DNA from: Balanoglossus misakiensis | Taxonomy: Eukaryota; Animalia; Hemichordata | DNA: 64,000 nt | NCBI GenBank assembly: GCA_040954595.2 | Contig: CM082577.2 | Coordinates: 20,372,303-20,436,302, forward strand | Reading direction: 5' to 3' | Shown here: positions 37,401-52,500 of the stretch, in pieces | How positions within the stretch are numbered: the stretch's first letter is position 1 | Layout of the letters: each line of letters starts with the position of its first letter | Position numbers and translations under genes: made by a program | The notes under the pieces: generated by a model | What the model saw: the letters and a program-made list of their open reading frames with translations, nothing else | Told to the model about the DNA's origin: nothing | Databases searched by the model: none

Positions 37401-40400
37401 CTGCAAAAAGTGTTTTTAGAATTCAGGCACTTTCAGAAAAGGAAGAAACGGACACTTGCGACAAAAATGTTATCCATCAGGCTACTCTTTAATGGAAAAG
37501 TTGGAAAAAAAATGAAGCCTACTGCACGTAGTATTCCCAGGCGGTCTCCCATCCAAGTACACTAACTACGCCCAACGCAGGTTTGCTTCGGTGATCAGAC
37601 GAGAACCGGCTTATTCTACGTGGTATGGCCGTAGGCGAAAGATGGTTGAATTTCTCCTACTATAAACCTGAATCCTACACCATTGAACACATAGCCCGAC
37701 TTGGCTAATTTTTGTGGGTAACCGATCGACCTTCCATAGCTTATAAGGCAAGTGGGATAAAAAAATATGGTTTGTTTTGTTCTGCAAAAAGTGTTTTTAG
37801 AATTCAGGCACTTTCAGAAAAGGAAGAAACGGACACTTGCGACAAAAATGTTATCCATCAGGCTACTCTTTAATGGAAAAGTTGGAAAAAAATGAAGCCT
37901 ACAGCACGTAGTATTCCCAGGCGGTCTCCCATCCAAGTACTAACTACGCCCAACGCAGGTTTGCTTCGGTGATCAGACGAGAACCGGCTTATTCTACGTG
38001 GTATGGCCGTAGGCGAAAGATGGTTGAATTTCTCCTACTATAAACCTGAATCCTACACCATTGAACACATAGCCCGACTTGGCTAATTTTTGTGGGTAAC
38101 CGATCGACCTTCCATAGCTTATAAGGCAAGTGGGATAAAAAAATATGGTTTGTTTTGTTCTGCAAAAAGTGTTTTTAGAATTCAGGCACTTTCAGAAAAG
38201 GAAGAAACGGACACTTGCGACAAAGATGTTATCCATCAAGCTACTCTTTAATGGAAAAGTTGGAAAAAAATGAAGCCTACAGCACGTAGTATTCCCAGGC
38301 GGTCTCCCATCCAAGTACTAACTATCCCAACGCAGGTTTGCTTCGTTGATCAGACGAGAACCGGCTTATTCTACGTGGTATGGCCGTAGGCGAAAGATGG
38401 TTGAATTTCTCCTACTATAAACCTGAATCCTACACCATTGAACACATAGCCCGACTTGGCTAATTTTTGTGGGTAACCGATCGACCTTCCATAGCTTATA
38501 AGGCAAGTGGGATAAAAAAATATGGTTTGTTTTGTTCTGCAAAAAGTGTTTTTAGAATTCAGGCACTTTCAGAAAAGGAAGAAACGGACACTTGCGACAA
38601 AAATGTTATCCATCAGGCTACTCTTTAATGGAAAAGTTGGAAAAAAATGAAGCCTACAGCACGTAGTATTCCCAGGCGGTCTCCCATCCAAGTACTAACT
38701 ACGCCCAACGCAGGTTTGCTTCGGTGATCAGACGAGAACCGGCTTATTCTACGTGGTATGGCCGTAGGCGAAAGATGGTTGAATTTCTCCTACTATAAAC
38801 CTGAATCCTACACCATTGAACACATAGCCCGACTTGGCTAATTTTGTGGGTAACCGATCGACCTTCCATAGCGTATAAGGCAAGTGGGATAAAAAAATAT
38901 GGTTTGTTTTGTTCTGCAAAAAGTGTTTTTAGAATTCAGGCACTTTCAGAAAAGGAAGAAACGGACACTTGCGACAAAAATGTTATCCATCAGGCTACTC
39001 TTTAATGGAAAAGTTGGAAAAAAATGAAGCCTACAGCACGTAGTATTCCCAGGCGGTCTCCCATCCAAGTACTAACTACGCCCAACGCAGGTTTGCTTCG
39101 GTGATCAGACGAGAACCGGCTTATTCTACGTGGTATGGCCGTAGGCGAAAGATGGTTGAATTTCTCCTACTATAAACCTGAATCCTACACCATTGAACAC
39201 ATAGCCCGACATGGCTAATTTTTGTGGGTAACCGATCGACCTTCCATAGCTTATAAGGCAAGTGGGATAAAAAAATATGGTTTGTTTTGTTCTGCAAAAA
39301 GTGTTTTTAGAATTCAGGCACTTTCAGAAAAGGAAGAAACGGACACTTGCGACAAAAATGTTATCCATCAGGCTACTCTTTAATGGAAAAGTTGGGAAAA
39401 AAATGAAGCCTACAGCACGTAGTATTCCCAGGCGGTCTCCCATCCAAGTACTAACTACGCCCAACGCAGGTTTGCTTCGGTGATCAGACGAGAACCGGCT
39501 TATTCTACGTGGTATGGCCGTAGGCGAAAGATGGTTGAATTTCTCCTACTATAAACCTGAATCCTACACCATTGAACACATAGCCCGACATGGCTAATTT
39601 TTGTGGGTAACCGATCGACCTTCCATAGCTTATAAGGCAAGTGGGATAAAAAAATATGGTTTGTTTTGTTCTGCAAAAAGTGTTTTTAGAATTCAGGCAC
39701 TTTCAGAAAAGGAAGAAACGGACACTTGCGACAAAAATGTTATCCATCAAGCTACTCTTTAATGGAAAAGTTGGAAAAAAATGAAGCCTACAGCACGTAG
39801 TATTCCCAGGCGGTCTCCCATCCAAGTACTAACTACGCCCAACGCAGGTTTGCTTCGGTGATCAGACGAGAACCGGCTTATTCTACGTGGTATGGCCGTA
39901 GGCGAAAGATGGTTGAATTTCTCCTACTATAAACCTGAATCCTACACCATTGAACACATAGCCCGACTTGGCTAATTTTGTGGGTAACCGATCGACCTTC
40001 CATAGCTTATAAGGCAAGTGGGATAAAAAAATATGGTTTGTTTTGTTCTGCAAAAAGTGTTTTTAGAATTCAGGCACTTTCAGAAAAGGAAGAAACGGAC
40101 ACTTGCGACAAAAATGTTATCCATCAGGCTACTCTTTAATGGAAAAGTTGGGGAAAAAAATGAAGCCTACAGCACGTAGTATTCCCAGGCGGTCTCCCAT
40201 CCAAGTACTAACTACGCCCAACGCAGGTTTGCTTCGGTGATCAGACGAGAACCGGCTTATTCTACGTGGTATGGCCGTAGGCGAAAGATGGTTGAATTTC
40301 TCCTACTATAAACCTGAATCCTACTCCATTGAACACATAGCCCGACTTGGCTAATTTTGTGGGTAACCGATCGACCTTCCATAGCTTATAAGGCAAGTGG

Positions 40401-40536
40401 GATAAAAAAATATGGTTTGTTTTGTTCTGCAAAAAGTGTTTTTAGAATTCAGGCACTTTCAGAAAAGGAAGAAACGGACACTTGCGACAAAAATGTTATC
40501 CATCAGGCTACTCTTTAATGGAAAAGTTGGAAAAAA

Positions 40537-40560
40537 ATTCTACGTGGTATGGCCGTAGGC
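40537..40560 (-). pseudogene. Truncated 5S gene, deletion class C (~278-bp unit; keeps only 5S nt 1-24), 9 copies
   Basis: Junction gttggaaaaaa|attctacgtgg near 40537, 42330, 44123, 44401, 46194, 47987, 49024, 50059 and 51475. Confidence 0.9.
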
Positions 40561-43500
40561 GAAAGATGGTTGAATTTCTCCTACTATAAACCTGAATCCT
40601 ACACCATTGAACACATAGCCCGACTTGGCTAATTTTGTGGGTAACCGATCGACCTTCCATAGCTTATAAGGCAAGTGGGATAAAAAAATATGGTTTGTTT
40701 TGTTCTGCAAAAAGTGTTTTTAGAATTCAGGCACTTTCAGAAAAGGAAGAAACGGACACTTGCGACAAAAATGTTATCCATCAGGCTACTCTTTAATGGA
40801 AAAGTTGGAAAAAAAAATGAAGCCTACAGCACGTAGTATTCCCAGGCGGTCTCCCATCCAAGTACTAACTACGCCCAACGCAGGTTTGCTTCGGTGATCA
40901 GACGAGAACCGGCTTATTCTACGTTGTATGGCCGTAGGCGAAAGATGGTTGAATTTCTCCTACTATAAACCTGAATCCTACACCATTGAACACATAGCCC
41001 GACATGGCTAATTTTTGTGGGTAACCGATCGACCTTCCATAGCTTATAAGGCAAGTGGGATAAAAAAATATGGTTTGTTTTGTTCTGCAAAAAGTGTTTT
41101 TAGAATTCAGGCACTTTCAGAAAAGGAAGAAACGGACACTTGCGACAAAAATGTTATCCATCAGGCTACTCTTTAATGGAAAAGTTGGGAAAAAAATGAA
41201 GCCTACAGCACGTAGTATTCCCAGGCGGTCTCCCATCCAAGTACTAACTACGCCCAACGCAGGTTTGCTTCGGTGATCAGACGAGAACCGGCTTATTCTA
41301 CGTGGTATGGCCGTAGGCGAAAGATGGTTGAATTTCTCCTACTATAAACCTGAATCCTACACCATTGAACACATAGCCCGACTTGGCTAATTTTGTGGGT
41401 AACCGATCGACCTTCCATAGCTTATAAGGCAAGTGGGATAAAAAAATATGGTTTGTTTGTTCTGCAAAAAGTGTTTTTAGAATTCAGGCACTTTCAGAAA
41501 AGGAAGAAACGGACACTTGCGACAAAAATGTTATCCATCAGGCTACTCTTTAATGGAAAAGTTGGGGAAAAAAATGAAGCCTACAGCACGTAGTATTCCC
41601 AGGCGGTCTCCCATCCAAGTACTAACTACGCCCAACGCAGGTTTGCTTCGGTGATCAGACGAGAACCGGCTTATTCTACGTGGTATGGCCGTAGGCGAAA
41701 GATGGTTGGATTTCTCCTACTATAAACCTGAATCCTACTCCATTGAACACATAGCCCGACTTGGCTAATTTTGTGGGTAACCGATCGACCTTCCATAGCT
41801 TATAAGGCAAGTGGGATAAAAAAATATGGTTTGTTTTGTTCTGCAAAAAGTGTTTTTAGAATTCAGGCACTTTCAGAAAAGGAAGAAACGGACACTTGCG
41901 ACAAAAATGTTATCCATCAGGCTACTCTTTAATGGAAAAGTTGGAAAAAAAAGGAAGCCTACAGCACGTAGTATTCCCAGGCGGTCTCCCATCCAAGTAC
42001 TAACTACGCCCAACGCAGGTTTGCTTCGGTGATCAGACGAGAACCGGCTTATTCTACGTGGTATGGCCGTAGGCGAAAGATGGTTGAATTTCTCCTACTA
42101 TAAACCTGAATCCTACACCATTGAACACATAGCCCGACTTGGCTAATTTTTGCGGGTAACCGATCGACCTTCCATAGCTTATAAGGCAAGTGGGATAAAA
42201 AAATATGGTTTGTTTTGTTCTGCAAAAAGTGTTTTTAGAATTCAGGCACTTTCAGAAAAGGAAGAAACGGACACTTGCGACAAAAATGTTATCCATCAGG
42301 TTACTCTTTAATGGAAAAGTTGGAAAAAAATTCTACGTGGTATGGCCGTAGGCGAAAGATGGTTGAATTTCTCCTACTATAAACCTGAATCCTACACCAT
42401 TGAACACATAGCCCGACTTGGCTAATTTTGTGGGTAACCGATCGACCTTCCATAGCTTATAAGGCAAGTGGGATAAAAAAATATGGTTTGTTTTGTTCTG
42501 CAAAAAGTGTTTTTAGAATTCAGGCACTTTCAGAAAAGGAAGAAACGGACACTTGCGACAAAAATGTTATCCATCAGGCTACTCTTTAATGGAAAAGTTG
42601 GAAAAAAAATGAAGCCTACAGCACGTAGTATTCCCAGGCGGTCTCCCATCCAAGTACTAACTACGCCCAACGCAGGTTTGCTTCGGTGATCAGACGAGAA
42701 CCGGCTTATTCTACGTGGTATGGCCGTAGGCGAAAGATGGTTGAATTTCTCCTACTATAAACCTGAATCCTACACCATTGAACACATAGCCCGACTTGGC
42801 TAATTTTGGTGGGTAACCGATCGACCTTCCATAGCTTATAAGGCAAGTGGGATAAAAAATATGGTTTGTTTTGTTCTGCAAAAAGTGTTTTTAGAATTCA
42901 GGCACTTTCAGAAAAGGAAGAAACGGACACTTGCGACAAAAATGTTATCCATCAGGCTACTCTTTAATGGAAAAGTTGGAAAAAAAAATGAAGCCTACAG
43001 CACGTAGTATTCCCAGGCGGTCTCCCATCCAAGTACTAACTACGCCCAACGCAGGTTTGCTTCGGTGATCAGACGAGAACCGGCTTATTCTACGTGGTAT
43101 GGCCGTAGGCGAAAGATGGTTGAATTTCTCCTACTATAAACCTGAATCCTACACCATTGAACACATAGCCCGACTTGGCTAATTTTGGTGGGTAACCGAT
43201 CGACCTTCCATAGCTTATAAGGCAAGTGGGATAAAAAAATATGGTTTGTTTTGTTCTGCAAAAAGTGTTTTTAGAATTCAGGCACTTTCAGAAAAGGAAG
43301 AAACGGACACTTACGACAAAAATGTTATCCATCAGGCTACTCTTTAATGGAAAAGTTGGAAAAAAATGAAGCCTACAGCACGTAGTATTCCCAGGCGGTC
43401 TCCCATCCAAGTACTAACTACGCCCAACGCAGGTTTGCTTCGGTGATCAGACGAGAACCGGCTTATTCTACGTGGTATGGCCGTAGGCGAAAGATGGTTG

Positions 43501-46500
43501 AATTTCTCCTACTATAAACCTGAATCCTACACCATTGAACACATAGCCCGACTTGGCTAATTTTTGCGGGTAACCGATCGACCTTCCATAGCTTATAAGG
43601 CAAGTGGGATAAAAAAATATGGTTTGTTTTGTTCTGCAAAAAGTGTTTTTAGAATTCAGGCACTTTCAGAAAAGGAAGAAACGGACACTTGCGACAAAAA
43701 TGTTATCCATCAGGCTACTCTTTAATGGAAAAGTTGGGGAAAAAAATGAAGCCTACAGCACGTAGTATTCCCAGGCGGTCTCCCATCCAAGTACTAACTA
43801 CGCCCAACGCAGGTTTGCTTCGGTGATCAGACGAGAACCGGCTTATTCTACGTGGTATGGCCGTAGGCGAAAGATGGTTGAATTTCTCCTACTATAAACC
43901 TGAATCCTACTCCATTGAACACATAGCCCGACTTGGCTAATTTTGTGGGTAACCGATCGACCTTCCATAGCTTATAAGGCAAGTGGGATAAAAAAATATG
44001 GTTTGTTTTGTTCTGCAAAAAGTGTTTTTAGAATTCAGGCACTTTCAGAAAAGGAAGAAACGGACACTTGCGACAAAAATGTTATCCATCAGGCTACTCT
44101 TTAATGGAAAAGTTGGAAAAAAATTCTACGTGGTATGGCCGTAGGCGAAAGATGGTTGAATTTCTCCTACTATAAACCTGAATCCTACACCATTGAACAC
44201 ATAGCCCGACTTGGCTAATTTTGTGGGTAACCGATCGACCTTCCATAGCTTATAAGGCAAGTGGGATAAAAAAATATGGTTTGTTTTGTTCTGCAAAAAG
44301 TGTTTTTAGAATTCAGGCACTTTCAGAAAAGGAAGAAACGGACACTTGCGACAAAAATGTTATCCATCAGGTTACTCTTTAATGGAAAAGTTGGAAAAAA
44401 ATTCTACGTGGTATGGCCGTAGGCGAAAGATGGTTGAATTTCTCCTACTATAAACCTGAATCCTACACCATTGAACACATAGCCCGACTTGGCTAATTTT
44501 GTGGGTAACCGATCGACCTTCCATAGCTTATAAGGCAAGTGGGATAAAAAAATATGGTTTGTTTTGTTCTGCAAAAAGTGTTTTTAGAATTCAGGCACTT
44601 TCAGAAAAGGAAGAAACGGACACTTGCGACAAAAATGTTATCCATCAGGCTACTCTTTAATGGAAAAGTTGGAAAAAAAATGAAGCCTACAGCACGTAGT
44701 ATTCCCAGGCGGTCTCCCATCCAAGTACTAACTACGCCCAACGCAGGTTTGCTTCGGTGATCAGACGAGAACCGGCTTATTCTACGTGGTATGGCCGTAG
44801 GCGAAAGATGGTTGAATTTCTCCTACTATAAACCTGAATCCTACACCATTGAACACATAGCCCGACTTGGCTAATTTTGGTGGGTAACCGATCGACCTTC
44901 CATAGCTTATAAGGCAAGTGGGATAAAAAATATGGTTTGTTTTGTTCTGCAAAAAGTGTTTTTAGAATTCAGGCACTTTCAGAAAAGGAAGAAACGGACA
45001 CTTGCGACAAAAATGTTATCCATCAGGCTACTCTTTAATGGAAAAGTTGGAAAAAAAAATGAAGCCTACAGCACGTAGTATTCCCAGGCGGTCTCCCATC
45101 CAAGTACTAACTACGCCCAACGCAGGTTTGCTTCGGTGATCAGACGAGAACCGGCTTATTCTACGTGGTATGGCCGTAGGCGAAAGATGGTTGAATTTCT
45201 CCTACTATAAACCTGAATCCTACACCATTGAACACATAGCCCGACTTGGCTAATTTTGGTGGGTAACCGATCGACCTTCCATAGCTTATAAGGCAAGTGG
45301 GATAAAAAAATATGGTTTGTTTTGTTCTGCAAAAAGTGTTTTTAGAATTCAGGCACTTTCAGAAAAGGAAGAAACGGACACTTGCGACAAAAATGTTATC
45401 CATCAGGCTACTCTTTAATGGAAAAGTTGGAAAAAAATGAAGCCTACAGCACGTAGTATTCCCAGGCGGTCTCCCATCCAAGTACTAACTACGCCCAACG
45501 CAGGTTTGCTTCGGTGATCAGACGAGAACCGGCTTATTCTACGTGGTATGGCCGTAGGCGAAAGATGGTTGAATTTCTCCTACTATAAACCTGAATCCTA
45601 CACCATTGAACACATAGCCCGACTTGGCTAATTTTTGCGGGTAACCGATCGACCTTCCATAGCTTATAAGGCAAGTGGGATAAAAAAATATGGTTTGTTT
45701 TGTTCTGCAAAAAGTGTTTTTAGAATTCAGGCACTTTCAGAAAAGGAAGAAACGGACACTTGCGACAAAAATGTTATCCATCAGGCTACTCTTTAATGGA
45801 AAAGTTGGGGAAAAAAATGAAGCCTACAGCACGTAGTATTCCCAGGCGGTCTCCCATCCAAGTACTAACTACGCCCAACGCAGGTTTGCTTCGGTGATCA
45901 GACGAGAACCGGCTTATTCTACGTGGTATGGCCGTAGGCGAAAGATGGTTGAATTTCTCCTACTATAAACCTGAATCCTACTCCATTGAACACATAGCCC
46001 GACTTGGCTAATTTTGTGGGTAACCGATCGACCTTCCATAGCTTATAAGGCAAGTGGGATAAAAAAATATGGTTTGTTTTGTTCTGCAAAAAGTGTTTTT
46101 AGAATTCAGGCACTTTCAGAAAAGGAAGAAACGGACACTTGCGACAAAAATGTTATCCATCAGGCTACTCTTTAATGGAAAAGTTGGAAAAAAATTCTAC
46201 GTGGTATGGCCGTAGGCGAAAGATGGTTGAATTTCTCCTACTATAAACCTGAATCCTACACCATTGAACACATAGCCCGACTTGGCTAATTTTGTGGGTA
46301 ACCGATCGACCTTCCATAGCTTATAAGGCAAGTGGGATAAAAAAATATGGTTTGTTTTGTCCTGCAAAAAGTGTTTTTAGAATTCAGGCACTTTCAGAAA
46401 AGGAAGAAACGGACACTTGCGACAAAAATGTTATCCATCAGGCTACTCTTTAATGGAAAAGTTGGAAAAAAAAATGAAGCCTACAGCACGTAGTATTCCC

Positions 46501-49500
46501 AGGCGGTCTCCCATCCAAGTACTAACTACGCCCAACGCAGGTTTGCTTCGGTGATCAGACGAGAACCGGCTTATTCTACGTGGTATGGCCGTAGGCGAAA
46601 GATGGTTGAATTTCTCCTACTATAAACCTGAATCCTACACCATTGAACACATAGCCCGACATGGCTAATTTTTGTGGGTAACCGATCGACCTTCCATAGC
46701 TTATAAGGCAAGTGGGATAAAAAAATATGGTTTGTTTTGTTCTGCAAAAAGTGTTTTTAGAATTCAGGCACTTTCAGAAAAGGAAGAAACGGACACTTGC
46801 GACAAAAATGTTATCCATCAGGCTACTCTTTAATGGAAAAGTTGGGAAAAAAATGAAGCCTACAGCACGTAGTATTCCCAGGCGGTCTCCCATCCAAGTA
46901 CTAACTACGCCCAACGCAGGTTTGCTTCGGTGATCAGACGAGAACCGGCTTATTCTACGTGGTATGGCCGTAGGCGAAAGATGGTTGAATTTCTCCTACT
47001 ATAAACCTGAATCCTACACCATTGAACACATAGCCCGACTTGGCTAATTTTGTGGGTAACCGATCGACCTTCCATAGCTTATAAGGCAAGTGGGATAAAA
47101 AAATATGGTTTGTTTGTTCTGCAAAAAGTGTTTTTAGAATTCAGGCACTTTCAGAAAAGGAAGAAACGGACACTTGCGACAAAAATGTTATCCATCAGGC
47201 TACTCTTTAATGGAAAAGTTGGGGAAAAAAATGAAGCCTACAGCACGTAGTATTCCCAGGCGGTCTCCCATCCAAGTACTAACTACGCCCAACGCAGGTT
47301 TGCTTCGGTGATCAGACGAGAACCGGCTTATTCTACGTGGTATGGCCGTAGGCGAAAGATGGTTGGATTTCTCCTACTATAAACCTGAATCCTACTCCAT
47401 TGAACACATAGCCCGACTTGGCTAATTTTGTGGGTAACCGATCGACCTTCCATAGCTTATAAGGCAAGTGGGATAAAAAAATATGGTTTGTTTTGTTCTG
47501 CAAAAAGTGTTTTTAGAATTCAGGCACTTTCAGAAAAGGAAGAAACGGACACTTGCGACAAAAATGTTATCCATCAGGCTACTCTTTAATGGAAAAGTTG
47601 GAAAAAAAAGGAAGCCTACAGCACGTAGTATTCCCAGGCGGTCTCCCATCCAAGTACTAACTACGCCCAACGCAGGTTTGCTTCGGTGATCAGACGAGAA
47701 CCGGCTTATTCTACGTGGTATGGCCGTAGGCGAAAGATGGTTGAATTTCTCCTACTATAAACCTGAATCCTACACCATTGAACACATAGCCCGACTTGGC
47801 TAATTTTTGCGGGTAACCGATCGACCTTCCATAGCTTATAAGGCAAGTGGGATAAAAAAATATGGTTTGTTTTGTTCTGCAAAAAGTGTTTTTAGAATTC
47901 AGGCACTTTCAGAAAAGGAAGAAACGGACACTTGCGACAAAAATGTTATCCATCAGGCTACTCTTTAATGGAAAAGTTGGAAAAAAATTCTACGTGGTAT
48001 GGCCGTAGGCGAAAGATGGTTGAATTTCTCCTACTATAAACCTGAATCCTACACCATTGAACACATAGCCCGACTTGGCTAATTTTGTGGGTAACCGATC
48101 GACCTTCCATAGCTTATAAGGCAAGTGGGATAAAAAAATATGGTTTGTTTTGTTCTGCAAAAAGTGTTTTTAGAATTCAGGCACTTTCAGAAAAGGAAGA
48201 AACGGACACTTGCGACAAAAATGTTATCCATCAGGCTACTCTTTAATGGAAAAGTTGGAAAAAAAAAATGAAGCCTACAGCACGTAGTATTCCCAGGCGG
48301 TCTCCCATCCAAGTACTAACTACGCCCAACGCAGGTTTGCTTCGGTGATCAGACGAGAACCGGCTTATTCTACGTGGTATGGCCGTAGGCGAAAGATGGT
48401 TGAATTTCTCCTACTATAAACCTGAATCCTACACCATTGAACACATAGCCCGACTTGGCTAATTTTGGTGGGTAACCGATCGACCTTCCATAGCTTATAA
48501 GGCAAGTGGGATAAAAAAATATGGTTTGTTTTGTTCTGCAAAAAGTGTTTTTAGAATTCAGGCACTTTCAGAAAAGGAAGAAACGGACACTTGCGACAAA
48601 AATGTTATCCATCAGGCTACTCTTTAATGGAAAAGTTGGAAAAAAATGAAGCCTACAGCACGTAGTATTCCCAGGCGGTCTCCCATCCAAGTACTAACTA
48701 CGCCCAACGCAGGTTTGCTTCGGTGATCAGACGAGAACCGGCTTATTCTACGTGGTATGGCCGTAGGCGAAAGATGGTTGAATTTCTCCTACTATAAACC
48801 TGAATCCTACACCATTGAACACATAGCCCGACTTGGCTAATTTTTGCGGGTAACCGATCGACCTTCCATAGCTTATAAGGCAAGTGGGATAAAAAAATAT
48901 GGTTTGTTTTGTTCTGCAAAAAGTGTTTTTAGAATTCAGGCACTTTCAGAAAAGGAAGAAACGGACACTTGCGACAAAAATGTTATCCATCAGGCTACTC
49001 TTTAATGGAAAAGTTGGAAAACAATTCTACGTGGTATGGCCGTAGGCGAAAGATGGTTGAATTTCTCCTACTATAAACCTGAATCCTACACCATTGAACA
49101 CATAGCCCGACTTGGCTAATTTTGTGGGTAACCGATCGACCTTCCATAGCTTATAAGGCAAGTGGGATAAAAAAATATGGTTTGTTTTGTTCTGCAAAAA
49201 GTGTTTTTAGAATTCAGGCACTTTCAGAAAAGGAAGAAATGGACACTTGCGACAAAAATGTTATCCATCAGGCTACTCTTTAATGGAAAAGTTGGAAAAA
49301 AAATGAAGCCTACAGCACGTAGTATTCCCAGGCGGTCTCCCATCCAAGTACTAACTACGCCCAACGCAGGTTTGCTTCGGTGATCAGACGAGAACCGGCT
49401 TATTCTACGTGGTATGGCCGTAGGCGAAAGATGGTTGAATTTCTCCTACTATAAACCTGAATCCTACACCATTGAACACATAGCCCGACTTGGCTAATTT

Positions 49501-52500
49501 TGGTGGGTAACCGATCGACCTTCCATAGCTTATAAGGCAAGTGGGATAAAAAAATATGGTTTGTTTTGTTCTGCAAAAAGTGTTTTTAGAATTCAGGCAC
49601 TTTCAGAAAAGGAAGAAACGGACACTTGCGACAAAAATGTTATCCATCAGGCTACTCTTTAATGGAAAAGTTGGAAAAAAATGAAGCCTACAGCACGTAG
49701 TATTCCCAGGCGGTCTCCCATCCAAGTACTAACTACGCCCAACGCAGGTTTGCTTCGGTGATCAGACGAGAACCGGCTTATTCTACGTGGTATGGCCGTA
49801 GGCGAAAGATGGTTGAATTTCTCCTACTATAAACCTGAATCCTACACCATTGAACACATAGCCCGACTTGGCTAATTTTTGTGGGTAACCGATCGACCTT
49901 CCATAGCTTATAAGGCAAGTGGGATAAAAAAATATGGTTTGTTTTGTTCTGCAAAAAGTGTTTTTAGAATTCAGGCACTTTCAGAAAAGGAAGAAACGGA
50001 CACTTGCGACAAAAATGTTATCCATCAGGCTACTCTTTAATGGAAAAGTTGGAAAAAAATTCTACGTGGTATGGCCGTAGGCGAAAGATGGTTGAATTTC
50101 TCCTACTATAAACCTGAATCCTACACCATTGAACACATAGCCCGACTTGGCTAATTTTGTGGGTAACCGATCGACCTTCCATAGCTTATAAGGCAAGTGG
50201 GATAAAAAAATATGGTTTGTTTTGTTCTGCAAAAAGTGTTTTTAGAATTCAGGCACTTTCAGAAAAGGAAGAAACGGACACTTGCGACAAAAATGTTATC
50301 CATCAGGCTACTCTTTAATGGAAAAGTTGGAAAAAAAATGAAGCCTACAGCACGTAGTATTCCCAGGCGGTCTCCCATCCAAGTACTAACTACGCCCAAC
50401 GCAGGTTTGCTTCGGTGATCAGACGAGAACCGGCTTATTCTACGTGGTATGGCCGTAGGCGAAAGATGGTTGAATTTCTCCTACTATAAACCTGAATCCT
50501 ACACCATTGAACACATAGCCCGACTTGGCTAATTTTGGTGGGTAACCGATCGACCTTCCATAGCTTATAAGGCAAGTGGGATAAAAAAATATGGTTTGTT
50601 TTGTTCTGCAAAAAGTGTTTTTAGAATTCAGGCACTTTCAGAAAAGGAAGAAACGGACACTTGCGACAAAAATGTTATCCATCAGGCTACTCTTTAATGG
50701 AAAAGTTGGAAAAAAAAAATGAAGCCTACAGCACGTAGTATTCCCAGGCGGTCTCCCATCCAAGTACTAACTACGCCCAACGCAGGTTTGCTTCGGTGAT
50801 CAGACGAGAACCGGCTTATTCTACGTGGTATGGCCGTAGGCGAAAGATGGTTGAATTTCTCCTACTATAAACCTGAATCCTACACCATTGAACACATAGC
50901 CCGACTTGGCTAATTTTGGTGGGTAACCGATCGACCTTCCATAGCTTATAAGGCAAGTGGGATAAAAAAATATGGTTTGTTTTGTTCTGCAAAAAGTGTT
51001 TTTAGAATTCAGGCACTTTCAGAAAAGGAAGAAACGGACACTTGCGACAAAAATGTTATCCATCAGGCTACTCTTTAATGGAAAAGTTGGAAAAAAATGA
51101 AGCCTACAGCACGTAGTATTCCCAGGCGGTCTCCCATCCAAGTACTAACTACGCCCAACGCAGGTTTGCTTCGGTGATCAGACGAGAACCGGCTTATTCT
51201 ACGTGGTATGGCCGTAGGCGAAAGATGGTTGAATTTCTCCTACTATAAACCTGAATCCTACACCATTGAACACATAGCCCGACTTGGCTAATTTTTGCGG
51301 GTAACCGATCGACCTTCCATAGCTTATAAGGCAAGTGGGATAAAAAAATATGGTTTGTTTTGTTCTGCAAAAAGTGTTTTTAGAATTCAGGCACTTTCAG
51401 AAAAGGAAGAAACGGACACTTGCGACAAAAATGTTATCCATCAGGCTACTCTTTAATGGAAAAGTTGGAAAACAATTCTACGTGGTATGGCCGTAGGCGA
51501 AAGATGGTTGAATTTCTCCTACTATAAACCTGAATCCTACACCATTGAACACATAGCCCGACTTGGCTAATTTTGTGGGTAACCGATCGACCTTCCATAG
51601 CTTATAAGGCAAGTGGGATAAAAAAATATGGTTTGTTTTGTTCTGCAAAAAGTGTTTTTAGAATTCAGGCACTTTCAGAAAAGGAAGAAATGGACACTTG
51701 CGACAAAAATGTTATCCATCAGGCTACTCTTTAATGGAAAAGTTGGAAAAAAAATGAAGCCTACAGCACGTAGTATTCCCAGGCGGTCTCCCATCCAAGT
51801 ACTAACTACGCCCAACGCAGGTTTGCTTCGGTGATCAGACGAGAACCGGCTTATTCTACGTGGTATGGCCGTAGGCGAAAGATGGTTGAATTTCTCCTAC
51901 TATAAACCTGAATCCTACACCATTGAACACATAGCCCGACTTGGCTAATTTTGGTGGGTAACCGATCGACCTTCCATAGCTTATAAGGCAAGTGGGATAA
52001 AAAAATATGGTTTGTTTTGTTCTGCAAAAAGTGTTTTTAGAATTCAGGCACTTTCAGAAAAGGAAGAAACGGACACTTGCGACAAAAATGTTATCCATCA
52101 GGCTACTCTTTAATGGAAAAGTTGGAAAAAAATGAAGCCTACAGCACGTAGTATTCCCAGGCGGTCTCCCATCCAAGTACTAACTACGCCCAACGCAGGT
52201 TTGCTTCGGTGATCAGACGAGAACCGGCTTATTCTACGTGGTATGGCCGTAGGCGAAAGATGGTTGAATTTCTCCTACTATAAACCTGAATCCTACACCA
52301 TTGAACACATAGCCCGACTTGGCTAATTTTTGTGGGTAACCGATCGACCTTCCATAGCTTATAAGGCAAGTGGGATAAAAAAATATGGTTTGTTTTGTTC
52401 TGCAAAAAGTGTTTTTAGAATTCAGGCACTTTCAGAAAAGGAAGAAACGGACACTTGCGACAAAGATGTTATCCATCAGGCTACTCTTTAATGGAAAAGT

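Noticed and set aside
41070-46727. The 5657-bp higher-order period nearly equals the element length (5666 bp)
   Set aside because: The period is simply a sum of full and deleted units. The similarity is probably coincidental.
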